From Nitrospirota bacterium (lineage in GTDB: Bacteria > Nitrospirota > JACRHJ01), in contig CAWJRJ010000026.1 of assembly GCA_963845245.1 (NCBI GenBank), positions 1 through 18,831 of the forward strand: a DNA stretch of 18,831 nucleotides. Reading direction: 5' to 3'. The position numbers and the translations under genes were made by a program. Below, one piece after another: positions 8,599 through 16,765 of this stretch (position 1 is the stretch's first letter; each line of letters begins with the position of its first letter). The notes beneath the pieces were generated by a model, which was given only the letters and a program-made list of their open reading frames with translations, made no database searches and was not told the DNA's origin.

Positions 8599-8613
8599 TC
8601 TTTAGGGTGAGGG

Positions 8614-9773
8614 CTACTCTATCTCCAGCTCCGCCTCACTCACCAGCTGCGCCTTCTCCACCGTGCCGTCGGGCTTTATCCCAAGGCTAGCTATTGCAGC
8701 CTGGGGCACGAAACAGTAATAGAGCTTCGCCGTCGCTTTGACAGCAGTCCGTGGCAAGGGCATATGTCAGCACACGTTCCTCGTTCTGGCGCAGCCTGGT
8801 GTCTTTCGCAACGCCGTCCGCATCCCACGATGCCACGCCCAGCTTGCCGCCCTCTTTGTCGCTGGCCTTGAACACCTTCATGAACAGGGCCTGGGGGTCC
8901 TGGGTGGGCTCCTAGCACGAAGTTCGTGAATATGCGGGTACCGTCCCCGTCGAACATCATCACCTCCACAAACGCGATACGCATCGGGTTCGTGGCCGGG
9001 AAGTAGTGCGGGTTGGGGTTCTTCACTATGACGAGCAGTTTGCCGAGCTCTGTGCCCAGCGTGACAGTCGCACCTTTCTTCAGCATCTCCGGGTCGTGAC
9101 CGCCGTTTATCCCGTGGAATGCGTGGGTCTTCTTTGCGGAGCCGGGCGCGGGCGCGCCGTCCATCTGTGTCATGTGGCATTTCAGGCAGTCGGAGTAGCC
9201 TTCCTGGTCCGCGCTGCAAATCACCCCGCCCTTGCCGTTCACCATCTTGCCGTGGCAGCCCATGCACATCAGGTAGGAAGACGCGAAGTCCGACGCTGTG
9301 ACGCCGTGCGGAGATTTGCCGGTATCCGCCTTGCCCTTTATCCCGCTGGTGATTTTGTAGGTGTTGAACTTCTCGCCCTCCACGACACTATCCACCTTGT
9401 GGCAGAAGGAGCATGTCACGCCGCGCGCGTTGGTCGGGTCCTCCGGGTCGGGCATGGCCTCGCCCTTCATCAGCTTCGCCATGTTGTCGGCGGTGGGGGT
9501 GTGGCATGTTGCGCAGAAGTATGTGGCGGGCTTTCCCTCCTCCTTCATCGCCTTCATGAATGCGTCGTGCACCGCCGCATGGACCGGGTCGCCGGTCTTT
9601 GACGACTTCGCGTGCATCGAGCCCATCCACTCATCATATATCGCCTTGTGGCAGCCGCCGCAGTACGCCGGGTCCTCGAACTTCGTCCCTGCCCCTATCT
9701 GGTGCGCGGACGCCGCCGTCACGAACGAGACCATCATTACCGCCGCAAAAAAAGCCGCAAACAATTCCTTCAT
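8614..9773 (-). CDS. Periplasmic multiheme cytochrome c (5 CxxCH), two +1 frameshifts near 8910 and 8748
   Basis: Signal peptide ending ASA; CGGCH, CATCH, CSFCH, CMGCH, CLKCH; reconstructed C-terminus QDPQALFMKVF...AVKATAKLYY...ELEIE-TAG (8614-8616); SD AGGAGG. Confidence 0.9.
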
Positions 9774-9815
9774 TACTTCCTCCTGATGTTTTTTTATATG
9801 TGGGTCTAAAACGGG

Positions 9816-10094
9816 TCAGCTTGACGTTGATTCTTCTTCGGCTATACGGACCCTGTCGCCGGGCGCCTTGAGGTCGCCGAACTCCGGCATTACCTCCGCC
9901 GCGAGGGCGTAGTAGCTGCGCTGGTTCTTAATGAACTTGTCGGAGGTCTCGTCATAAACCTTGTCGAAAAGGGTGGTGTTGCAGGTCGGGCAGGTAATAA
10001 CGGCGTGGCCCCTGTCATCGTAGCACAAAAACGACATCACGTGCGCGTTACAAGTTATACATGGTGTTATTATAAGTTCGGGACAACCTTTCAT
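9816..10094 (-). CDS. Small Cys-rich hypothetical protein (CxxC...CxxC)
   Basis: CITC and CPTC; co-oriented 42 nt upstream of the cytochrome. Confidence 0.65.
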   Translation of the reverse strand: MKGCPELIITPCITCNAHVMSFLCYDDRGHAVITCPTCNTTLFDKVYDETSDKFIKNQRSYYALAAEVMPEFGDLKAPGDRVRIAEEESTSS

Positions 10095-10172
10095 GTATCT
10101 AAGATAACATAAAATAACGCCGTTTTAAACAATTTCCTGCATCGTACAGGTCTTTTTGTGTATAATTCCTGC

Positions 10173-11366
10173 ATGGAAACAGTCGAGTTTTTACTGAAGT
10201 TCTGCCTCATCCTCCTGTCCGCCAAGGTGCTGGCGGAGGGCTTTTCTTTTGTGCGCCTCCCGGGGGTAATAGGCGAGGTCGTCGCGGGTATCATCATCGG
10301 CCCAAGCCTGCTCGGACTAATCGGCCACCAGGACGTGTTCGTACTCCTTGCGAACATCGGCCTCCTCTTCCTGCTCTTCAACGTCGGCCTCGAGACGGAC
10401 GTGCGACGCCTGTTCTCGGTGGGCGGCCAGTCCGCACTCGTGGCGGTCACGGGGGTCACGCTCCCGCTCGTTTTCGGCTTTGCCGCCTGCCGCTATCTCT
10501 TCGGCCTGCCGGGCATCGTATCGATGTTCATCGGCGGCACTCTGGTCGCGACCAGCATCGGGTTGACTGTCCGGGTGCTTCGCGACCTGAACCTGCACAG
10601 GACGCACGCGGCCCAGGTCGTGCTTGGCGCTGCCATAATGGACGACGTCATAGGCGTGGCGGTCCTGGCAGTACTCATGGGGTACCAGTCCGAAGGAATA
10701 CGGGTGCTGCCTTCGCTTTCAGTACTGGCGTTCATTACCCTGTTCCTGCTTGCCGCCCCCTCGTTCGGCCCACACCTGCGTAACTGGCTTGCCAGGCTTG
10801 ACTCCTTCGCGAAGACGCCCGGGATAGTCCTTATCGCCGTGGTCTCGTTTTTGTTCATAATGTCCGCAGTCGCGCACCGCCTGGGTGCGCCGGAGATCAT
10901 CGGGGCGTTCGGGGCGGGCATTGCCCTGGCCGGTGAGCCTCTGTTCGGGAAAAAGAGGGAGCGCACGGAAGAGGGCGCGGCAAGCCTTGAAAAGGTCGAA
11001 AAGAGCATCGGGCCGATAGGTGAGCTGTTCATACCCGTCTTCTTCGTCATGGTCGGGGTCTCGATAGACCTAAACCGTATAGACTTCAGCTCGTCCCTGT
11101 TCTGGACGTTCGCCCTGGCCCTCACCTTTATCGCCATCATAACCAAGGTCGCCTCCGGGGTATGGGTTAAAGGCGGCTTCGGTGTGAAGGCGACGGCGGG
11201 CGCGGCAATGGTGCCCAGGGGCGAGGTCGGGCTGGTGTTCGCGCTTGCCGGGCTGAAGCAGGGAATCTTCGACGCCCCGATGTATGCCACGGTCGTATTC
11301 GTCGTAGCGGCCACGACGCTCCTGGCCCCGTTCCTCATTAAGGCGGCGGCGAAAAGGCACGAATAA
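10173..11366 (+). CDS. Cation:proton antiporter, CPA2 (NapA/Kef type) membrane domain
   Basis: LPGVIGEVVAGIIIGPS, GLETD, ATSIG, AAIMDDVIG, MVPRGEVGL; many hydrophobic helices. Confidence 0.93.
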   Translation: METVEFLLKFCLILLSAKVLAEGFSFVRLPGVIGEVVAGIIIGPSLLGLIGHQDVFVLLANIGLLFLLFNVGLETDVRRLFSVGGQSALVAVTGVTLPLVFGFAACRYLFGLPGIVSMFIGGTLVATSIGLTVRVLRDLNLHRTHAAQVVLGAAIMDDVIGVAVLAVLMGYQSEGIRVLPSLSVLAFITLFLLAAPSFGPHLRNWLARLDSFAKTPGIVLIAVVSFLFIMSAVAHRLGAPEIIGAFGAGIALAGEPLFGKKRERTEEGAASLEKVEKSIGPIGELFIPVFFVMVGVSIDLNRIDFSSSLFWTFALALTFIAIITKVASGVWVKGGFGVKATAGAAMVPRGEVGLVFALAGLKQGIFDAPMYATVVFVVAATTLLAPFLIKAAAKRHE

Positions 11367-11580
11367 GGCACGAATTTTGCTTGAATTACATCGTTACTTT
11401 CTTTATAAAGAACGTAACACAAAGAAGTTACAACGGGTTTAAGGTATATGTGATTTTTAAGACATCGTCCCGAAGCCGCAAAACCCGTTTTGATTTTACA
11501 GGGTTCTGCTTACGCTGCGGCTGAGTAGGATGGCTTACAAAATTACATATAACTTAAACTTAAAGGCGATGGAGCCCGAA

Positions 11581-12077
11581 ATGAAGTTTTTTGCTGTTAT
11601 CTTAATGTTTACAATGGCTTTAGCGATATTCCCTGCGCACGCGCACGCCTCGACGCCCGGCGGGATGCCAGTCATAAAGGCGGACCCTGAGGCCGCAAAG
11701 GAAGCACCAAAAGACAGAAATCAGCCTTCACATGCCATATAAGCGGCAGGGTGCTCTGCTCCGAGTACGGGACAAGGTACAAGGAACAGGTCGTGGTAGT
11801 CTTTGTGGACGGCGACGAGAAATACCACGCGCCCCTCGGCGAGGTGGACGGCAGCTTCCAGGCCGACCTGCCCGCCAATTCTTCGTACACGATACGCATG
11901 GAGTTCAAGGAGAAGGGGTACGAGATCGGCCACCTGGCTATCCCGGATATCAAAGAGGCCGGATGCTCAAAGAAGGTCGAGATTACCCACCCCGGCAGCA
12001 TGCTTGAGCTGGTCTGGGAGATCCGCGACGGGCAAGGCCCGAATGTCGACCTGCAGGTCAAGGACGAAAATCCCTGA
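11581..12077 (+). CDS. Exported hypothetical protein, frameshift near 11740
   Basis: GGAG SD; signal peptide MKFFAVILMFTMALAIFPAHAHA; joins ORF 11751..12077 via HAI/SGRVLC. Confidence 0.65.
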
Positions 12078-12082
12078 ACCGC

Positions 12083-12112
12083 TTGCAAACCCCGCCCGTT
12101 TTATGAGATAAT
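12083..12112 (+). promoter_or_regulatory. Putative guaA promoter
   Basis: TTGCAA-N18-GATAAT with TGn extension. Confidence 0.45.
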
Positions 12113-12202
12113 CGTCCCCCGGCATAAGATTCTTTGGTGCCACCTTTCTTTCAAGAAAGGCGGCGGTTTCGATTTTGTTTTTTGCTTTTTAGGAGGTCTT
12201 CC

Positions 12203-13768
12203 TTGTCAGACATACACCAGCAAAGGGTATTGGTCCTGGACTTCGGCTCGCAGTACACGCAGCTCATAGCCAGACGCGTGCGCGAGGCAAAGGTCTACTG
12301 CGAGATATTCCCGTACAACGCCGGGATAGAGAAGGTGCGCGCCTTCAAGCCCAAGGGCATAATACTCTCCGGCGGCCCGTCCAGCGTCTACGACCCGGGC
12401 GCGCCGCTTATCGGCGTCGACCATCTGGAGCTTGGCGTGCCGGTGCTAGGCATATGCTACGGGATGCAGCTTATGACACACCTGCTCGGTGGCGAGGTGG
12501 CAAAGGCCACCAAGCGCGAGTACGGCAGGGCCGAGATACTGATCGACGACGAGACGGACCTTCTTAAGTTCATGGCCGGCACGGGCGACGGCGCGACCGG
12601 CAAATCTGTCGTCTGGATGAGCCACGGCGACCGTATAGAACGGATGCCTCAGGGTTTCAAGGCTATCGCCCATACCGACAACTCACCCACCGCCGCGATG
12701 GCGGACGTATCGAGGCATTTCTACGGCGTGCAGTTCCACCCGGAGGTGGTCCATACCCCGCAGGGCACCCAGATCCTCAAGAACTTCCTGTTCCCCATAT
12801 GCGGCTGCACGCCGTCGTGGACGATGGGCTCGTTCGTGGACTACTCGGTCGGCCTCATAAAAGAGCAGATAGGCGACAAGAAGGTTATATGCGCGCTGTC
12901 GGGCGGGGTGGACTCCACCGTCGCCGCGGCCCTCGTGCACCGTGCGGTCGGCGACCAGCTCACCTGCATCTTCGTGAACAACGGGCTGCTCCGGAAGGGC
13001 GAGGCTGCACGCGTCGAGGAGACGTTCAAGGATATGGGCCTGAACCTCAAATGCGTGGACGCGGTAACGCAGTTCCTCTCCCTCCTGAAGGGCGTTGAGG
13101 ACCCGGAGAAGAAGCGCAAGATAATCGGGAACACCTTCATAGAGGTGTTCGACGCCGAGGCGAAGAAGATCGCGAACACCGACTTCCTTGCCCAGGGCAC
13201 GCTTTACCCGGACGTGATCGAGAGCGTCTCCTTCAAGGGCCCGTCGGCAATCATCAAGAGCCACCACAACGTGGGCGGCCTGCCTGAGAAGATGAAGCTG
13301 AAACTTGTCGAGCCGCTCCGTGAGCTTTTCAAGGACGAGGTACGCGAGTTAGGTCTTGAACTTGGACTCCCGGACGACCTTATATGGCGCCAGCCCTTCC
13401 CCGGGCCTGGGCTTGCCATACGCATACTGGGCGAGGTGACGGAAGAGCGGCTTGCGGTGCTCCGCGAGGCGGACGCGATAGTGCTTGAGGAGATAAAGCG
13501 CGCCGGGCTTTACCGCGAGATCTGGCAGTCCTTCGCGGTGCTTCTGCCGATCAAGACGGTGGGCGTGATGGGCGACGAGCGTACGTATGAGAGCGTCGTG
13601 GCGCTGCGGGCAGTGAACTCCAAGGACGGCATGACGGCCGACTGGGTGCACCTGCCCTACGAGCTGCTGGGTACGATATCGAGCAGGATAATAAACGAGA
13701 TAAAGGGCGTCAACCGCGTCTGCTACGATATATCGAGCAAGCCGCCGTCCACGATCGAGTGGGAATAG
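12203..13768 (+). CDS. guaA: GMP synthase (glutamine-hydrolysing)
   Basis: AGGAGG plus TTG start; [55 protein letters not shown]. Confidence 0.99.
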   Translation: MSDIHQQRVLVLDFGSQYTQLIARRVREAKVYCEIFPYNAGIEKVRAFKPKGIILSGGPSSVYDPGAPLIGVDHLELGVPVLGICYGMQLMTHLLGGEVAKATKREYGRAEILIDDETDLLKFMAGTGDGATGKSVVWMSHGDRIERMPQGFKAIAHTDNSPTAAMADVSRHFYGVQFHPEVVHTPQGTQILKNFLFPICGCTPSWTMGSFVDYSVGLIKEQIGDKKVICALSGGVDSTVAAALVHRAVGDQLTCIFVNNGLLRKGEAARVEETFKDMGLNLKCVDAVTQFLSLLKGVEDPEKKRKIIGNTFIEVFDAEAKKIANTDFLAQGTLYPDVIESVSFKGPSAIIKSHHNVGGLPEKMKLKLVEPLRELFKDEVRELGLELGLPDDLIWRQPFPGPGLAIRILGEVTEERLAVLREADAIVLEEIKRAGLYREIWQSFAVLLPIKTVGVMGDERTYESVVALRAVNSKDGMTADWVHLPYELLGTISSRIINEIKGVNRVCYDISSKPPSTIEWE

Positions 13769-13781
13769 TCCTTAAATTGAT

Positions 13782-14105
13782 CTAGTGCGAGTGGTCGTGC
13801 ACGTGCGCCCCGGCGCATATGTATGTGCAGCCGTCCGGCCCTGCCATAAGGTGCATGCTCGCGCCTGATTCCAGGTAGAAGGCCTCGCCTCTTCTCACGA
13901 CTCCGCCGCCGTTCTCAAGCGCGGCCTCACCCTCTATCACAACTATAATCTCCTCGTGGCCGCCTCCCGGCTTCAGGAGCTTCTTTTCCCCTGGCCCGAT
14001 CTCGCCCCAGGCCATGTATCCGACCTCGTTGCCAAGCTCGTGTGGGCCTAATACGTATTCTCCGAAATCCTTCTGGAAGTGGTCCTTGATCCGGTAGACC
14101 TTCAT
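13782..14105 (-). CDS. Cupin-like protein with His-rich C-terminus
   Basis: GHEEIIVVIEGEA...GEAFYL cupin pattern; ends HVHDHSH. Confidence 0.7.
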   Translation of the reverse strand: MKVYRIKDHFQKDFGEYVLGPHELGNEVGYMAWGEIGPGEKKLLKPGGGHEEIIVVIEGEAALENGGGVVRRGEAFYLESGASMHLMAGPDGCTYICAGAHVHDHSH

Positions 14106-14123
14106 GCGTCACCCCCCAACAGT

Positions 14124-15059
14124 TTAAAAGCTTGCCGATACCACCCCGCCATAGATCATATTGTCGTTCAACCGGCTCTTCGTCCTTATGGTCCTGTCCA
14201 GCACCGAGGAGTAGCTCACAGTCGGTTTTATGCTGAAGACATCCGTAAGCGAGACAGGGATGGCCGCGGTCAGCAGGTAGTCCGTGAATGCGGTGTGTTT
14301 ATCGCCGCCGAAGTTGAACTCGTTATTGTTCCTCGAGCCCAGCCCAACCTGTGCGGACAGGTCTACCGAAGACTTGATGCCTTTTACAAATTCTGGCAAC
14401 TCGAAGCTGTGCCTTATGGAAGCGACTCCGTAGAAACCGTCCGCCTGCCAGAAATCGTAATAGACCACCAGCTTCGGCTTCAGCAGTATGTCATAGCCTA
14501 TACCTGCATAGACCTCGGCGGTGTCACTCGCGCTGGTGTTGAGGTAGTTGTAGTAGATTGCGCCACCGGAGTATGAAAGCGGGCCGATGCAGTTCGAGTA
14601 ATCGAGGGTGTAGTCGAACTCGCTGAAATCGCCGCTCAGCCTGTTCTTGTCGGTCAGGTCCATGCTGCCCCAGATGCTTAAGGTGAACCCCTTGTACGAC
14701 GCCCAGACGTCCGGCTGGAAGACCGGGGCGTCTGTATAATTCAGGCCGCGCGACACATACTTGCTGAAAAACCCTGCGTCCGCCCCGAGGCTGATACCCT
14801 TTTCCTCTTTGCACACCTCGCACCCGCAGTACGGGCATTTCACCGTCTCGCCTGACTCGCCGCGGCGCCCCAATGAGAACGTCTTGCCGCAGTTGGGGCA
14901 TGTGTACTCCTGCATATCGCCGCAAGCCGGCAAGTCCGGGACTTCAGTCGATGTGGCCGCCTGAGGCTGTGTGCCTGTATCGCCCTCCGCGGCGAATACC
15001 GGCGCGTTTCCAAAAACGAAAAGTGCAATGAAAACCATTACAATAATAGCTGTGCGCAT
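14124..15059 (-). CDS. Outer-membrane beta-barrel protein (TIGR02001/TorF-like) with N-terminal Cys-rich segment
   Basis: Signal peptide; SKYVSRG..VFQP, SEFDYTLDYS, GAIYYNY, EVYAGIGY; C-terminal Phe (VVSASF). Confidence 0.8.
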   Translation of the reverse strand: MRTAIIVMVFIALFVFGNAPVFAAEGDTGTQPQAATSTEVPDLPACGDMQEYTCPNCGKTFSLGRRGESGETVKCPYCGCEVCKEEKGISLGADAGFFSKYVSRGLNYTDAPVFQPDVWASYKGFTLSIWGSMDLTDKNRLSGDFSEFDYTLDYSNCIGPLSYSGGAIYYNYLNTSASDTAEVYAGIGYDILLKPKLVVYYDFWQADGFYGVASIRHSFELPEFVKGIKSSVDLSAQVGLGSRNNNEFNFGGDKHTAFTDYLLTAAIPVSLTDVFSIKPTVSYSSVLDRTIRTKSRLNDNMIYGGVVSASF

Positions 15060-15188
15060 GAAAATTTCTCCTGATTGAAATTCAATCAAAATAATATGAT
15101 TTATCGGCAGATGCAAGGGAAATGTTTAACGGTGGGCGATTAGCTCGTCCACGGGCATAACATCGTCTGAAGAACTGCCATGATGTTT

Positions 15189-16532
15189 TTATTGTTCCGG
15201 TGTCGGCGTGAAGTTTGCGGTTACCGTCTCTTCGGATTGCACTTTTATGACCGTCGTCGATGAGTTCTGGTCCTGCACATGCCCGAACCAGCCCGCAAAG
15301 GCATACCCGGGGTTCGGCACGGCCATCACTGTGACCTCGGTACCAGGCATGTACAACCCGCGTTCGGGCCTGACCGTGCCTGCCGCCGGGTCGCTGACAT
15401 TTATATCGACGTTCTTCAGTTCTCCCGCCTGGATCACCGTGACCTCATGCCCATACCTGTCGACCAGTGCCAGGTCGCGTCGCCCGTCGCCGTTGAAGTC
15501 GCCTGCCGCGACCAGCCTCGGCGCACCCCATGAGCCAAGCTCGCGCCAGGGCTGGAACGTGCAGTCCCCCTTTCCCAGCAGGGCCACTGCGTTCCCATCG
15601 CTCACGCTGGACACGACTATATCGTCCCAGCCGTCCCGGTTTACATCCACCACGGCCATGGACGCTGGCGTACTTCCCGCAAAAGGCCTGCCGATCTGGT
15701 TGAAGGTGCCGTCACCGTTTCCCTTGAGGATATATACGGTCTTGCTGATCCACTCGGCAACCGCCAGGTCGGCAAAACCGTCCTTGTCAAAGTCTGCAAC
15801 CCTTATAGTGCGCGGCCCGTCAAAGCCGCCGTACGTTGTGCCCGCCTTGAATGTGCCGTCACCCACGCCCATCAGAAGCGATATCGTGCCGTCCTCCGAA
15901 TTGGATACCGCAATATCAACAAAACCGTCCTTATTGAAGTCCGCGCACGCCACCGCCCTCGGCTTACTTCCCGTCTTGTACTCTTTCTCGGGGTAGAAGC
16001 TTCCGTCCCCCCTGTTCAACAGTATCGAAACGCCTCCGCTGTTGAGGTCCGCGACTACAAGGTCTGTATTCCCGTCCCTGTTAAAGTCGCTTGCAGCAAT
16101 GGCTACCGGCGAAGTGCCGGCCCCGCAGCGCGCCCTGGATTCGAACGTGCCGTCGCCCCTGCCAAACAGCATGACAACGTCGTTGTCGAAGTAGTTCACC
16201 CCGGCGATGTCGGTCTTGCCGTCACGGTTGAAGTCCGCCGTTACCATCTCGACAGGGCCCTTGCCTGCGGAGGCAGCGGTCGGCTTATTGAAGGTCCCAT
16301 CGCCGTTTCCCACGAATATACAGTAGCAGTCGCCGTTCAAATCCGCCACTATCAGGCTCCTCTTCCAGTCGCCTGTTATATCCGCCGTTACGGCACACAC
16401 GTGGCCCGGGAGCTGGCGGTAGTCCACATCCTCATCTCCCTGTGGCGGCTCTATGTCCTCCCAGGCGTTGAGGATGTCCGGAGAAAAGGCTAAAAGCGAA
16501 AGGAACAGAAACGAGCAAAGGACTCTTTTCAT
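15189..16532 (-). CDS. Exported FG-GAP/VCBS-repeat beta-propeller protein with C-terminal InlB B-repeat-like domain
   Basis: Six clear D(F/V)(N/D)xDGxxD(I/L) repeats plus one degenerate; GxGDGTF turns; VTVMAVPNPGYAFAGW; signal peptide MKRVLCSFL. Confidence 0.9.
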   Translation of the reverse strand: MKRVLCSFLFLSLLAFSPDILNAWEDIEPPQGDEDVDYRQLPGHVCAVTADITGDWKRSLIVADLNGDCYCIFVGNGDGTFNKPTAASAGKGPVEMVTADFNRDGKTDIAGVNYFDNDVVMLFGRGDGTFESRARCGAGTSPVAIAASDFNRDGNTDLVVADLNSGGVSILLNRGDGSFYPEKEYKTGSKPRAVACADFNKDGFVDIAVSNSEDGTISLLMGVGDGTFKAGTTYGGFDGPRTIRVADFDKDGFADLAVAEWISKTVYILKGNGDGTFNQIGRPFAGSTPASMAVVDVNRDGWDDIVVSSVSDGNAVALLGKGDCTFQPWRELGSWGAPRLVAAGDFNGDGRRDLALVDRYGHEVTVIQAGELKNVDINVSDPAAGTVRPERGLYMPGTEVTVMAVPNPGYAFAGWFGHVQDQNSSTTVIKVQSEETVTANFTPTPEQ

Positions 16533-16575
16533 CTCTCCCGCCTCGCAATCTGTCTCCCCTCCCCCCAGGCTGAAC

Positions 16576-16615
16576 AAAAAAGGCCGAAACTGCCTTTTGC
16601 TTCGGCAGCTCGGCC
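16576..16615 (-). terminator. Riboswitch expression-platform terminator
   Basis: Minus strand GGCCGAGCTGCC-GAAGCAAAA-GGCAGTTTCGGCC-TTTTTT; 5' arm shared with the aptamer. Confidence 0.85.
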
Positions 16616-16676
16616 ATCTTCAAATGAAGATCCGTCGCTTTCCGCACCACCCTCACGGGAGGCTTGGCTTTTCGGG
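16600..16676 (-). ncRNA. Cyclic di-GMP-I (GEMM) riboswitch
   Basis: Minus strand CCCGAAAAG-CCAAG-CCTCCC-GTGA-GGGTGG-TGCGGAAAGC-GACGGATCTTCATTTGAAGATGGCCGAGCTGCCG: GNRA-capped P2, CGGAAAGC junction, P3 and GCTGCCG end. Confidence 0.88.
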
Positions 16677-16713
16677 CCTTGCTAATTCTAAATTCAGGTC
16701 TTATTAATTACGA

Positions 16714-16742
16714 GGTATACCACGGAGGGTAAAAGTTGTCAA
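16714..16742 (-). promoter_or_regulatory. Putative sigma70 promoter for the riboswitch transcript
   Basis: Minus strand TTGACA-N17-TATACC with TGn extension. Confidence 0.6.
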
Positions 16743-16765
16743 ACCGGGTTGTAAGGGCGTGTTTA

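Noticed and set aside
10493..11422. Long antisense ORFs (also 1228..2031, 15208..15996, 16948..17529)
   Set aside because: Shadows of real genes in GC-rich DNA with no recognisable motifs
11565..11580. GGCGATGGAG resembling the start of a fluoride riboswitch
   Set aside because: No closing TCGCC stem or downstream pseudoknot partner; GGAG is simply the SD of ATG 11581
12113..12200. Purine riboswitch upstream of guaA
   Set aside because: No purine aptamer core (TATAAT..GATATGG..GTTTCTACC..CCGTAAA) is visible
13740..13790. guaA 3' end as an integration hotspot
   Set aside because: No integrase or att-like duplication; a convergent cupin gene follows after 13 nt
15440..16320. Repeated GCCGTC-type motifs as a DNA repeat array or CRISPR
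   Set aside because: Explained by FG-GAP protein repeats; no constant repeat-spacer structure
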